In this document: piece after piece, positions 25,750 to 35,062 of the stretch
Position numbering within the stretch: the first letter of the stretch is position 1
How the letters are laid out: each line of letters opens with the position of its first letter
IMG/VR virus record: IMGVR_UViG_3300049070_000315
Span: 1-40,271 of that record
Length of the DNA: 40,271 nt
From: a virus
Taxonomy: Duplodnaviria > Caudoviricetes
Strand: one strand, 5' to 3'
Notes under the pieces: generated by a model
Database searches by the model: none
What the model was told of the DNA's origin: nothing
Seen by the model: only the letters and a program-made list of their open reading frames with translations
Position numbers and translations under genes: made by a program

Positions 25750-26001
25750 TCAGGCGGCAGCTTCAGTTCGATCCGCCGGAACGAGCTGATCAAATTCTGC
25801 GACCGCACGCGCGCGCTCCGCTTCCGGCAGCCACTGCGCCATCTGCGGCACGACCAGCTTTAGCCGGCGCAGCTCGTTCCATGACGGCTTGTCGTCACTA
25901 CGCAGAGTTGCGAAGATCGATTCAAGGCGCGAGCGCACTACGTCGGCGCTTGGGGCGGCCGACACGGACGGGGCTTCGTTGAACATTTCAAGCTGCGCCA
26001 T
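25750..26001 (-). CDS. Small hypothetical protein divergent from the R-M gene
   Basis: 83 aa, AGGGA SD; part of the inserted cassette. Confidence 0.6.
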   Translation of the reverse strand: MAQLEMFNEAPSVSAAPSADVVRSRLESIFATLRSDDKPSWNELRRLKLVVPQMAQWLPEAERARAVAEFDQLVPADRTEAAA

Positions 26002-26054
26002 GTGTCAGCATCCCTGTCGTGATTCGCGCGGTGATGGCAGGCGCAGGCTGAGGA

Positions 26055-29000
26055 ATGAGCGTTAACGAGGCGGAAAAGCGACTGACGGAGGCGATCTCTC
26101 GTTTCGGTGCCGAAGCGAAGAAGAAGCTCGCCAATCCTGCCGCCACCGGCGCGCCTGAGGATCAATTGCGCGCGCCGCTCGAACGTTTGTTTGCGGACCT
26201 GGGAGCAGCGCTCGGCATGGCGGCGCATGACGCTGTGCTTGTGGGCGAATCGTCTCTATCCGACCTCAAGACGCGGCCCGATTATGCCGTGACGCGCAAG
26301 AATGCGCTGATCGGCTTCGTCGAGGTGAAGGCGCCCGGCAAGGGAATCATCCCGAAGAACTTCACCGACGTGCACGACAAGGATCAGTGGGAGAAGCTGA
26401 AGGCGCTTCCCAACCTGATCTACACCGACGGCAACGGCTTCAGTTTGTGGCGCAACGGCGAGCGCGAAGGGGAGCCCGTCTATTTCCACGGCGACGTACG
26501 CACGTCAGGCGCCGAGCTTTCATCGCCGCCGGAATTGCTGGCTCTGCTGACGAGCTTCTTCCAGTGGCAACCCATAATCCCAAGATCGCCCGGGCAGCTG
26601 GCGGAGGTGAGCGCGCGGCTCTGCCGCTTACTACGCGACGAAGTGAGCGAGCAGCTGGCGCTGGGTGCCAAGGGATTGACGAGCCTCGCGGTCGATTGGC
26701 GCAAGGTGCTGTTTCCGAACGCGACAGATGCAGAGTTCGCCGACGGCTACGCGCAGGCGGTGACATTCGGTCTGCTGATGGCGAAGGCGCGCGGCATTTC
26801 GCTGGCGAATGGGCCGGAAGCTGCGGCGAAAGTCTTAAAGAGGAGCAATTCGCTCATTGGCACGGCACTCGATGTGCTTACGGACGAGAGCGCCGATCCC
26901 GAGACGCTGAAGACGTCTCTCAAGACGATGAGCCGCGTGTTCGACAAGATCGAGTGGGCCAAGATCAGCAAGGGCGATCCAGAAGCGTGGCTCTACTTCT
27001 ACGAGCGCTTCCTGGCCAAGTACGATAGCAAGCTGCGCAAGAAGACGGGTTCGTACTACACGCCGCCCGAAATCGTGAGCCAGATGGTGCGGCTGACGGA
27101 TGACGCCCTACGCACGCGCTTCGCGCAGCACAACGGGTTTGCATCGTCCGACGTGACGGTGGCCGATCCCGCCGTTGGCACCGGCACCTTCCTGCTCGGC
27201 ATCTTGAAGCGAATCGCCGAGACGGCGGCACAGGATGGCGGCGCAGGAATGGTGCCTGGCGCAGTGCAGGACGCGCTGAAGCGTCTCATCGCGTTCGAGA
27301 TTCAGTTCGGGCCGTTTGCGGTGGCGCAACTGAGGCTGCTGGCGGAGATCGCGGACCTGACAGCGAAGGGGCCAAACGAAGCCATCGAGGCGAACCTGCG
27401 CCTTTACGTGGCCGACACGCTGGCCGACCCGGACGAAGAGACGGCGTGGATTCCCACGCACCTCGGGGCAATCGCGGAGTCGCGGAAGAAGGCGAACGCG
27501 ATCAAGCGCAAGGAGCCGATTACGGTGGTGATCGGCAATCCGCCGTACAAGGTTGGCGCGAAAGGGATGGGCGGCTGGGTCGAAGATCGGGGCGCCCTAC
27601 GAGCGCCACTCGACGATTGGATGCCGCCAACAGAATGGGGCGTGGGCGTTCACGCGGGGCACCTTTATAATCTCTATGTCTATTTCTGGCGCTGGGCGGC
27701 GTGGAAAGTGTTTGGAGGCGATGCGTTCAGAAGCGGGACCGACAAGAGCGGAGCGAAATGGACCAATCGCCGAGGGATCGTTTGCTTTATCACCGCCGCC
27801 GGCTTCTTGAACGGACCCGGCTTTCAGAAAATGCGCGCCGATCTGCGCCGTGACGCCGATGAGGTATGGGTGATTGACTGTTCGCCTGAAGGGCATCAGC
27901 CACCCGTGAATACACGCGTTTTCGAGGGGGTCCAGCAGGAAGTGTGCATCGTCATCGCCGTGCGCCAGCGAGAGGCTCGACCTGACGAACCCGCGCGAGT
28001 GCGGTTTCGGCAACTGCCGCTCGGGCATCGCGAGGAGAAGTTCAAGGCGATTGAAGCGATTGGACTCGACGATGGTGGCTGGCAGGATGTCTCGCGTGAG
28101 TGGCGGGACTCGTTTCTGCCAGAAGCAGGCGAGGCCTGGGCAAGCTATCCGCCTATCGAGGCCCTGTTTGCACTCGACTACCCAGGATGCAAGCCAAATC
28201 GAACTTGGCCAATCGCTCCCGACACGTGGTCTCTGGAGCAGCGTTGGAGAGCTTTGCGCGAAGAAAACGATCGTGCAACAAAGGCCAGTCTATTCAAAGA
28301 AACACGCGACCGAACGCTAAGGAAGACTCCTGGCGCCGGCGTCGCCGGCCACGAATACCGGGCTGCCTGCGTTCTCGATGACAAGGGTCCGGTGGTTGAG
28401 CCCGTTCGATACGTATTCCGATCCTTCGACCGACAATACATCATTCCCGACAAGCGGCTGCTTGATACGGAACGACCGCCGTTGTGGGAGCATTACTCGG
28501 CGAAGCAGGTATTTCTCACGCTCCTTCACCGTTATTCTCCTGAGAATGGCCCGGCGGTGACCTTCGGGGCACACATTCCAGATATGGATCATTACAAGGG
28601 CAGCTTCGGCGGCCGTGCGATTCCGCTCTGGGCAGATGCGGCGGCCTCCCAAGCGAATGTGGCTCAAGAGCTGCTGAAGGAGCTTTCGCTTCTCTATGGT
28701 CGCGAGGTGAGCGCCGAAGACGTGTTCGCCTACATCGCCGCGGTCGCGGCGCATCCCGGATACACCTCGCGCTTCGCCAAGGACTTGGCGCAGCCGGGCT
28801 TGCGCATTCCAATCACGGCGGACGTGAAGCTGTTCGATGAGGCAGCTGGACTCGGGCGCGAGATCGTGTGGCTGCACACATTTGGCGAGCGTTTTTCCGA
28901 TCCGTACAAGAACCGTCCCGCCTCGCCGCCACGCATTGAGAATGGCCCCACCGTTCCGGCCGACGGCGCCATCCCGCTGACGCCAGAAAAGTTTCCCGAC

Positions 29001-29363
29001 GAGATACGTTATGATGCAGGCGCTCAGCGGCTCTTCCTCGGTGAGGGCTACATCGACCGCGTGCCGCCGGCGGTGTGGGCGTACGAAGTATCCGGCATGC
29101 ACGTGCTGAGGCAGTGGTTCAGCTATCGCAAGAAGGATCGCTCGCGCCCGATCATCGGCGACCGCCGTCCGCCCTCGCCGCTGGGCGACATCCAGCCCGA
29201 TCATTGGCTGCCGGAATACACCAGCGAACTGATCAACGTGTTGCACGTGCTGGCGCGGCTGGTGGCGCTGGAGCCGGCGCAGGCCGATATTCTGAGTCGC
29301 ATTGTTGAAGGCGCTACCCACAGTGTCGAGAAATTGGGTGAAGCGCTTAAGAAGCAGCCTTGA
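26055..29363 (+). CDS. Single-polypeptide restriction-modification enzyme (type IIG-like: nuclease + N6-adenine MTase + specificity domain of type ISP C-terminal kind, no helicase)
   Basis: PD-(D/E)xK motif RPDYAV...GFVEVK; GSYYTP; motif I DPAVGTGTF; motif IV GNPPY; YVFRSFDRQY target-recognition region. Confidence 0.88.
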   Translation: MSVNEAEKRLTEAISRFGAEAKKKLANPAATGAPEDQLRAPLERLFADLGAALGMAAHDAVLVGESSLSDLKTRPDYAVTRKNALIGFVEVKAPGKGIIPKNFTDVHDKDQWEKLKALPNLIYTDGNGFSLWRNGEREGEPVYFHGDVRTSGAELSSPPELLALLTSFFQWQPIIPRSPGQLAEVSARLCRLLRDEVSEQLALGAKGLTSLAVDWRKVLFPNATDAEFADGYAQAVTFGLLMAKARGISLANGPEAAAKVLKRSNSLIGTALDVLTDESADPETLKTSLKTMSRVFDKIEWAKISKGDPEAWLYFYERFLAKYDSKLRKKTGSYYTPPEIVSQMVRLTDDALRTRFAQHNGFASSDVTVADPAVGTGTFLLGILKRIAETAAQDGGAGMVPGAVQDALKRLIAFEIQFGPFAVAQLRLLAEIADLTAKGPNEAIEANLRLYVADTLADPDEETAWIPTHLGAIAESRKKANAIKRKEPITVVIGNPPYKVGAKGMGGWVEDRGALRAPLDDWMPPTEWGVGVHAGHLYNLYVYFWRWAAWKVFGGDAFRSGTDKSGAKWTNRRGIVCFITAAGFLNGPGFQKMRADLRRDADEVWVIDCSPEGHQPPVNTRVFEGVQQEVCIVIAVRQREARPDEPARVRFRQLPLGHREEKFKAIEAIGLDDGGWQDVSREWRDSFLPEAGEAWASYPPIEALFALDYPGCKPNRTWPIAPDTWSLEQRWRALREENDRATKASLFKETRDRTLRKTPGAGVAGHEYRAACVLDDKGPVVEPVRYVFRSFDRQYIIPDKRLLDTERPPLWEHYSAKQVFLTLLHRYSPENGPAVTFGAHIPDMDHYKGSFGGRAIPLWADAAASQANVAQELLKELSLLYGREVSAEDVFAYIAAVAAHPGYTSRFAKDLAQPGLRIPITADVKLFDEAAGLGREIVWLHTFGERFSDPYKNRPASPPRIENGPTVPADGAIPLTPEKFPDEIRYDAGAQRLFLGEGYIDRVPPAVWAYEVSGMHVLRQWFSYRKKDRSRPIIGDRRPPSPLGDIQPDHWLPEYTSELINVLHVLARLVALEPAQADILSRIVEGATHSVEKLGEALKKQP

Positions 29364-29432
29364 CACGCCGTTGGCGCGCGAACCGCAGCGCCGGTGGCTC
29401 GCGAGCTGCTGAGGCGCCTAGGTAAGTCAGAA

Positions 29433-29528
29433 CCAGTCTGAGGCTGAACAGGTCAGCGCTAGGGCGACGCTACCCGTGAGGGATGCGTCTCCATGCCCTA
29501 GTTCCGGTTCAACTCCGGCTCCCGACGG
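29433..29528 (+). ncRNA. Putative tRNA-like four-way-junction RNA
   Basis: D-like hairpin GCTGA-ACAGG-TCAGC, long arm CTAGGGC...GCCCTAG capped by GTGA, T-arm CCGG-TTCAACT-CCGG, imperfect closing stem; no CCA. Confidence 0.45.
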
Positions 29529-29596
29529 CCGGCGATGCAAGCAACCACGCCTAGTGCCTGAGTCTAAGACCTGCATCTCCGGCCAAGGATTTCATC

Positions 29597-29731
29597 ATGA
29601 CCGCTCTCGAACGTGCTCACCTGCGGTGGGGCATGACACCTCGCCGCCGCCCGCGCATCTGCTCCGCATTCTTCGCCTGCGCCGTGTTCTGGACGCTCGT
29701 CACCCTGACGTTCGCTCACGCTATCGGCTGA
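29597..29731 (+). CDS. Small membrane peptide (44 aa)
   Basis: AAGGA SD; C-terminal hydrophobic stretch. Confidence 0.4.
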   Translation: MTALERAHLRWGMTPRRRPRICSAFFACAVFWTLVTLTFAHAIG

Positions 29732-29750
29732 TCGCACGCATGCTTCGGGC

Positions 29751-30083
29751 ATGCGAGTTGAGACAGTCCAGATTGGCTATTCCCACCGGTACGTCCTCCG
29801 ACAAGACGGCCGCTGGATGCATTCCACATTCCAGGACTCGGTCCGCGACTGGACCGAGACTGCAATCGTCGACATCGAGGACGTGCAGGACGCCGTGCGC
29901 AACGGCCACCTCGTCACGCTCATCGACGAACCCACCGACGACGACCTCGTCGTCGGCCTCCTGAACCACCCCGACAAAGCGGACCTTCGCACCTTGCTTC
30001 TGAGCGAAGCGAAAGCGCGTGGCGTGGTGTGCCGGTCGCGGCCGGACGCGGTGAAGGAGGCGTCACTTCTAGCCGGAAACTGA
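29751..30083 (+). CDS. Hypothetical protein
   Basis: 110 aa upstream of the rIIA-like gene. Confidence 0.55.
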   Translation: MRVETVQIGYSHRYVLRQDGRWMHSTFQDSVRDWTETAIVDIEDVQDAVRNGHLVTLIDEPTDDDLVVGLLNHPDKADLRTLLLSEAKARGVVCRSRPDAVKEASLLAGN

Positions 30084-30087
30084 ACCT

Positions 30088-32070
30088 ATGAAACTCGCAT
30101 ACGATGGGCCGACCTTCGAGCAGGGCGGCTTCCAGGCCACTGCGGTTGGCCAAGGTCTAGGCCGCAAGCACCTCCGCAAAGTCACGATGCTGCTGACGTC
30201 CGGCCTCTACAAGAAGCCGAAGGACGCAGTGCTGGGCGAGCTCGTGTCGAACGGCTTCGACAGCAAGCTCAACGCCATCGTGCAGGTGTTCCTGCCGACC
30301 ACGCTGAGCCCGGCTCTCGTGGTGCGCGACGACGGTCCCGGCATGTCGCACCAGTTCATGATGGAGCGGTACACCATCGTGACCGACTCCACCAAGGACG
30401 ACAGCGATGACAACATCGGCGGCTTCGGCATCGGGCGCCTGACGCCCTTCGCCGACGGCAAAGAGCAGTACACCGTCACCTGCTATCGGGGTGATCACAA
30501 GCAGATCTACAACGTCGCGCTCGTCGACTTCGAGATCACGATCAACGCCACACAGCCAATGGCACTGGCCGAGCCGGAGTGGGGCGTCGAAGTCCGCATC
30601 CCTGTGCCGATGGGTGAGCACTACCAGTACCGCGAAGCCGCGGCTCGTGTGCTGCGCTTCTTCCCGCAGGACCGGGTCAAGGTCGTGGGTGCCGACATCG
30701 AGCGGCCCAAGTACACGTTCGAGTGCGAGGATTACGCGATCCTCAAGCAGAGCACCTATAGCTCCACCACGCCCAGCTACGCGCTCCTCGGCCCCAAGGC
30801 CTACGCGTTCGACGCGGCATCCATCAGCATCCCGAACTTCCCTGCGAACAACATCGAGTTCCGCTTCAACCTGGGTGAGGTGACGCCCACGCCGGACCGG
30901 GAAGGTCTGAAGCTTGATCCCAAGACACTCGCCGCCCTCGGCCGGAAGCACACCCGGCTCATGGCCGATCTCGAGAACCAGATCGAGCGCGAGATCGCCA
31001 ACGCCACCTCATTGTATGAGGCCCAGGAGAAGTTTTTCGACACCTTCACGTCGATGCAGGCCATGCACCAGTTCCTGCCGAAGTCGGCGAATTGGGGCAC
31101 CCACAAGATCGACGGCATCCGCATCGACGCGCGATACAACTACGTCCGTGAGAACCTGACCAGCCGCAAGACACCGACGCGGCACGAGGGTGAGTTCAAG
31201 CGTACGCCGGGCGGCTACCACCGCGAGAGCCGTCTCGCTCCACACTTCCTGGTCGACGACGTGGACGGCGTCCGCATGCTGGCGCGCTGCAAGATGCACG
31301 CTGACCAGAACAACGATTTCTCTCACCTGTTCATCATGAGCCAGGCCGCGGTCGACAAGCTCGCTCCGCCGCCTGATCGGGTGTTCAAGGCGTCCAGCTA
31401 CATCCCGCCGGTCATGGCGCGCCGCGGCTCTGTCGCCACCGGCAAGCTGCGCGCCTATCGCTGGAAGCGCCGGCACGAGTGTTCATGGAATGAGAGCCCG
31501 CGCTGGTGCCAGGACGACGTCGCGGTCGAAACGGGCGGCTTCTACTTCGAGTTCAAGAGCTCGAACCCGCCGCAATGGGCGGACGAGATCCGCGACACCG
31601 CCTGGTTCGGCGGCCACCGCCCGGTCTATGGCCTGCCCGGCGAGTTCCGCAAGCGCGCCGTCATGGACGAGTGGACTGAGGCCGTTGCCTGGACGCGCGA
31701 GCGCGCGATGGGCTTCCTCAACGATCCGCTCTTCCAGCGTGAACTCGTGTGGGATGTCGCTCGCGGCCGCCTCAACGACGACGTCGTGCGCTTCGTCGAG
31801 ACGGCTGTCACCGCTGACCCGCTCGTCGCCTCGCTGGTCAAAGTGCTCAAGGACAACGAGCCGACCTACCTCTTCGATGAAGGTGACAAGGTGACCGTGC
31901 GTCGCCTGCTCAACCTCAACTTCATCACCAATCCAAATCCCCTGCCAGTGCCGGACCTGGTGGGTGTGCAGCAGCTGCTGCTCGAACAACGCCCGGTGTT
32001 TGCGGAGCTCATCGCCCGCAGCTGCAACAACCAAGAGATCCTCATTAGGAGCCTGGAGCTACAAGCATGA
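30088..32070 (+). CDS. rIIA: rIIA-like protein with N-terminal GHKL (Hsp90-type) ATPase
   Basis: LYKKPKDAVLGELVSNGFDS, VRDDGPGMS, STKDDSDDNIGGFGIG, GEVTPTPDREGL; coupled to a rIIB-like gene. Confidence 0.8.
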   Translation: MKLAYDGPTFEQGGFQATAVGQGLGRKHLRKVTMLLTSGLYKKPKDAVLGELVSNGFDSKLNAIVQVFLPTTLSPALVVRDDGPGMSHQFMMERYTIVTDSTKDDSDDNIGGFGIGRLTPFADGKEQYTVTCYRGDHKQIYNVALVDFEITINATQPMALAEPEWGVEVRIPVPMGEHYQYREAAARVLRFFPQDRVKVVGADIERPKYTFECEDYAILKQSTYSSTTPSYALLGPKAYAFDAASISIPNFPANNIEFRFNLGEVTPTPDREGLKLDPKTLAALGRKHTRLMADLENQIEREIANATSLYEAQEKFFDTFTSMQAMHQFLPKSANWGTHKIDGIRIDARYNYVRENLTSRKTPTRHEGEFKRTPGGYHRESRLAPHFLVDDVDGVRMLARCKMHADQNNDFSHLFIMSQAAVDKLAPPPDRVFKASSYIPPVMARRGSVATGKLRAYRWKRRHECSWNESPRWCQDDVAVETGGFYFEFKSSNPPQWADEIRDTAWFGGHRPVYGLPGEFRKRAVMDEWTEAVAWTRERAMGFLNDPLFQRELVWDVARGRLNDDVVRFVETAVTADPLVASLVKVLKDNEPTYLFDEGDKVTVRRLLNLNFITNPNPLPVPDLVGVQQLLLEQRPVFAELIARSCNNQEILIRSLELQA

Positions 32071-32942
32071 CGACCATCAACGGATTGTCGTTCGGGGTCA
32101 ACTCGATCACAATCATCCTGGACGCGACGCCCTACACGGTGCCGCGTTCGGACGCGCTCGTCGAAGCCCTGCGCGAGCAGGACTATGAGCGCGTCAAGGA
32201 CCTGGTGAACCCGCAGAAGCAGATCGAAGAAGGTCTGTCCCGCTTCGGCGACATCGTGGTCCAGAACGGCTATGTCCTCTTCAAGGGCATGGAAATCTCG
32301 AACGGCCACGTGCGCCGTATCCTCGAGCTCACGCAACTCGGCCTCCCGGTCGACAGCGTGGCCCTCAACCTCGACAGCCTGATGCGGAACCCCTCGTTCC
32401 GCGTGCGCCGCGACTACTCTGAGTTCGTCGACCGCTTCAATCTGCCGTTCGCTCCGGACGGTCGGTCGGTGTTCTGCAAGGCGGTCCAGGAGGACTTCTG
32501 GTCCATCGCCACCGGCAAGAACGGCAAGGTCTTCTGGGGCGTCGGCGAGACGCCGAAGATGGCCCGCGAGGACGTCGACGACGACCCGACGCGCACCTGC
32601 TCGGACGGTCTGCACGTCTGTGCGCCGGAATACCTCCCGCACTTCGCCCGCGCCAACGGCCACGTGATCAACGTGCTCGTCTGGCCGGAACACATCGTGG
32701 CGCTGCCCGTCGACTACAACCTGTCGAAGCTGCGCGTGTGTGAGGCCTTCTCGCACTCGGTCATGCCGCCCGGCGATGCGCAGAAGTACTACGACGCCAT
32801 CGGCCCGATCTTCGCCTTCGCGAACGACGAAGACCCGGACGACGACTACGTCGAGGAAGACGAGAACGAAGAAGAGACGTCGGCGCCGGCGCCGCTCACC
32901 TACGAAGGCCAACCGGTCGACAACCCGACTTCCTTCGTCTGA
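32067..32942 (+). CDS. rIIB: rIIB-like protein
   Basis: LMRNPS, MAREDVDDDPTRTCSDGLHVCA and PVDYNLSKLRVC are typical rIIB C-terminal motifs. Confidence 0.85.
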   Translation: MTTINGLSFGVNSITIILDATPYTVPRSDALVEALREQDYERVKDLVNPQKQIEEGLSRFGDIVVQNGYVLFKGMEISNGHVRRILELTQLGLPVDSVALNLDSLMRNPSFRVRRDYSEFVDRFNLPFAPDGRSVFCKAVQEDFWSIATGKNGKVFWGVGETPKMAREDVDDDPTRTCSDGLHVCAPEYLPHFARANGHVINVLVWPEHIVALPVDYNLSKLRVCEAFSHSVMPPGDAQKYYDAIGPIFAFANDEDPDDDYVEEDENEEETSAPAPLTYEGQPVDNPTSFV

Positions 32943-33108
32943 CCCAATCCACTCCGGCACGGATCAACGGCGGCAGGGCCGGCACGAACACCTGTCGTCA
33001 CCCCACTGGAAGCGAGCGATGCAACGAAGCGACGAGGCGTTCATCCGGTGCAACCACATCGGTGTCGAGGAGCCCTTCGACATCAATCGCTACCGAGTCG
33101 AGGAACCA

Positions 33109-33477
33109 ATGTCCGAAACTCCACAACTGAAAGACCCGGTCAACACGATGATTCGTGTTGAGCGGATGCTTCGCTCCGGTGCTCTGCAGCACTCGGACGA
33201 AGCTGAGGCAGGCCCGTCCTTCAACATGAGCTCGTCCTGCATGGGCCAAGGTTGCGGCACCGTCGCCTGCATCGGCGGCTGGCTCTGGCTGGTCGAGAAC
33301 CCTCGGGACTACTCCGGGGCGAACTCGTACGTCGCTCAGGTGGCTGGTCCGCTGCACGACCTCTTCTATCCGCCGAACATGGCGTCCTACGCCCATATCA
33401 CGGCGGAAGAAGCCGCCGACGCCCTGCACAACTATCGCCTCTACGGTGAGCCGCGCTGGGATCAGGTGATGTCGTGA
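33109..33477 (+). CDS. Hypothetical protein, paralog family A copy 3
   Basis: GAGGA SD, ATG 33109; FNM...CGTVACIGGW...LFYPP...ITAEEAADALHNY..YGEPRW. Confidence 0.65.
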   Translation: MSETPQLKDPVNTMIRVERMLRSGALQHSDEAEAGPSFNMSSSCMGQGCGTVACIGGWLWLVENPRDYSGANSYVAQVAGPLHDLFYPPNMASYAHITAEEAADALHNYRLYGEPRWDQVMS

Positions 33478-33914
33478 ACATCCACGTCTCGATCCGTGAG
33501 CCGGTGGCGGCCGCGCGCGACATCGTCACACACGGGTGCGTCTGGCGGCATCGAGGTCGAGACGTGGAGAACGGCCTCGACTGGCTGGGTTTTCTGCGCG
33601 CCGTCCACAACCAGGTGCGCGGCTATGACCCGCCGGATCTGTCGGACTACGAGCCGAGCTGGCTTCCTGACGCCACGTCCGAGATGTTCCTCGAACACCT
33701 GGAGACGTGGCCCGCATTCAAGGTGCGCAACGGAAAGGTCTATCCCGGCGACATCCTCCTCTTCCGCATGGCGCCGGGCCGCATGATTGCGCACGGCGCC
33801 ATCAATCTCGGCGAAGATCGGATCGCCCACTCCTATTGGGGTCGGGCGCCAACGATCTCACGCTTGAGCACGTTCTGGCGCGAGCGCGTCGCACAGGTGC
33901 TGACATGGCAGTAG
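33474..33914 (+). CDS. NlpC/P60-like phage protein with the catalytic Cys replaced by Trp
   Basis: WRHRGR...GLDWLGFLRAV (normally DC.G), PGDILLFRM...AHGAI...IAHSY. Confidence 0.75.
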   Translation: MNIHVSIREPVAAARDIVTHGCVWRHRGRDVENGLDWLGFLRAVHNQVRGYDPPDLSDYEPSWLPDATSEMFLEHLETWPAFKVRNGKVYPGDILLFRMAPGRMIAHGAINLGEDRIAHSYWGRAPTISRLSTFWRERVAQVLTWQ

Positions 33915-34117
33915 AGCAAAACGAACAGACAGGTCGATCAATCTATCGCTCGGACGAGCTCCTGAGCGTCGACCACTACAGGCGCTTCTGCAGCGCGGCC
34001 ACAACTGCACGCGCGGAGTGGGGCGTGAAGTGGGAGTCCAAGAGTGCAGCGCGCATCGTGGGCTCACCGTCCGCTGAGCTGCAGCTCAACGCCCTGATCA
34101 AGGAAACGGCGAAGTGA
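33905..34117 (+). CDS. Hypothetical protein
   Basis: AGGTG SD, MAVEQNEQ... Confidence 0.5.
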   Translation: MAVEQNEQTGRSIYRSDELLSVDHYRRFCSAATTARAEWGVKWESKSAARIVGSPSAELQLNALIKETAK

Positions 34118-34341
34118 CCAGGCCGGCTTGGCTCGATGACATCAAGAACCCGGATGGGTTCGCACCGCCGTGGCCACCCTCCAATCGTGTCTACTACGAG
34201 CGCATCTTCGAGTGCGACTGCGGCGAGACGTGGACCGACCTACATGACGCCGACTGCAACGACAAGTGCCCGGCTTGCAACAAAGAAATCGAACCGTCTG
34301 AAACACGCGAGCGCGATGCGCTGACGGGAGCATACCTATGA
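34114..34341 (+). CDS. Small zinc-ribbon protein
   Basis: CDCGETW...CNDKCPAC. Confidence 0.6.
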   Translation: MTRPAWLDDIKNPDGFAPPWPPSNRVYYERIFECDCGETWTDLHDADCNDKCPACNKEIEPSETRERDALTGAYL

Positions 34342-34679
34342 CAAGACCACGCTGCCCATACTGCGGCAAGCCACTGCAGCGCCTGACGACGTACTATTCG
34401 GTGCAATCGCCTTCGGTAGCGGCAGCTCCGCATTGGAAGCCGGACTTCATCGCTGACGTCGAAACCAAATCTGATGCGCAAGCCCTCGTGCCGGTGCCTG
34501 AGCGGGTGGTGAGCCTCACCACCAGCTACGACGGCAAGACGGTGTACGGCTTCAAGACCTGGGACGGCGTCACCTACAGCAAGGGCTGGAACAGTTCTGG
34601 CTTCTGCCGGCAGCTCTGCGCCGCCCGCTTCGGCATCGTCGCACAACAGAAGGGATTTGATCCCCGTGCCGAAGCCTGA
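34338..34679 (+). CDS. Hypothetical zinc-binding protein
   Basis: CPYCG ... FCRQLCA. Confidence 0.6.
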   Translation: MTRPRCPYCGKPLQRLTTYYSVQSPSVAAAPHWKPDFIADVETKSDAQALVPVPERVVSLTTSYDGKTVYGFKTWDGVTYSKGWNSSGFCRQLCAARFGIVAQQKGFDPRAEA

Positions 34680-34869
34680 GTTTGACTTAGCCATTCACGA
34701 CTTCTCGAACGGCAACCTGATCGAGACAGTCAAGGCCATGGTCGTGCCCGCGGTAAACTCGCGCGTGCGCTTCGGCAAATTCGACCGGCGCGTGATCCAA
34801 GTCGTGCACGATCTCACGTGGGGCAAGCCTCACACCGTCACCATCTTCACGGACCCGTGGAAGCGATGA
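34657..34869 (+). CDS. Hypothetical protein
   Basis: 70 aa in the coupled gene run. Confidence 0.5.
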   Translation: MIPVPKPEFDLAIHDFSNGNLIETVKAMVVPAVNSRVRFGKFDRRVIQVVHDLTWGKPHTVTIFTDPWKR

Positions 34870-35062
34870 ACAAGCCCCTTTCTACGGCGCGGAAGCTTCG
34901 CCACCATCATCGATGCCATGCTCGCTTCCTGCGCGCCGATTATCGTCTCGAAGCTGCCGCAAGAGTACAGTTGTTGGCAAACTCGGGGGGGTGGTTCACC
35001 CGACACATCAGTCGATGAAAGGCGGCCTCGGAGGGCTCGGACTTCCGAGGCTGCTTCCCGCT

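Noticed and set aside
26055-29363. Full type ISP enzyme or BREX/DISARM component
   Set aside because: No SF2 helicase motifs in the protein and no neighbouring BREX or DISARM genes.
29433-29528. Canonical tRNA or tmRNA
   Set aside because: No 7-nt anticodon loop, no CCA, imperfect acceptor stem and no tag reading frame; kept only as a tRNA-like candidate.
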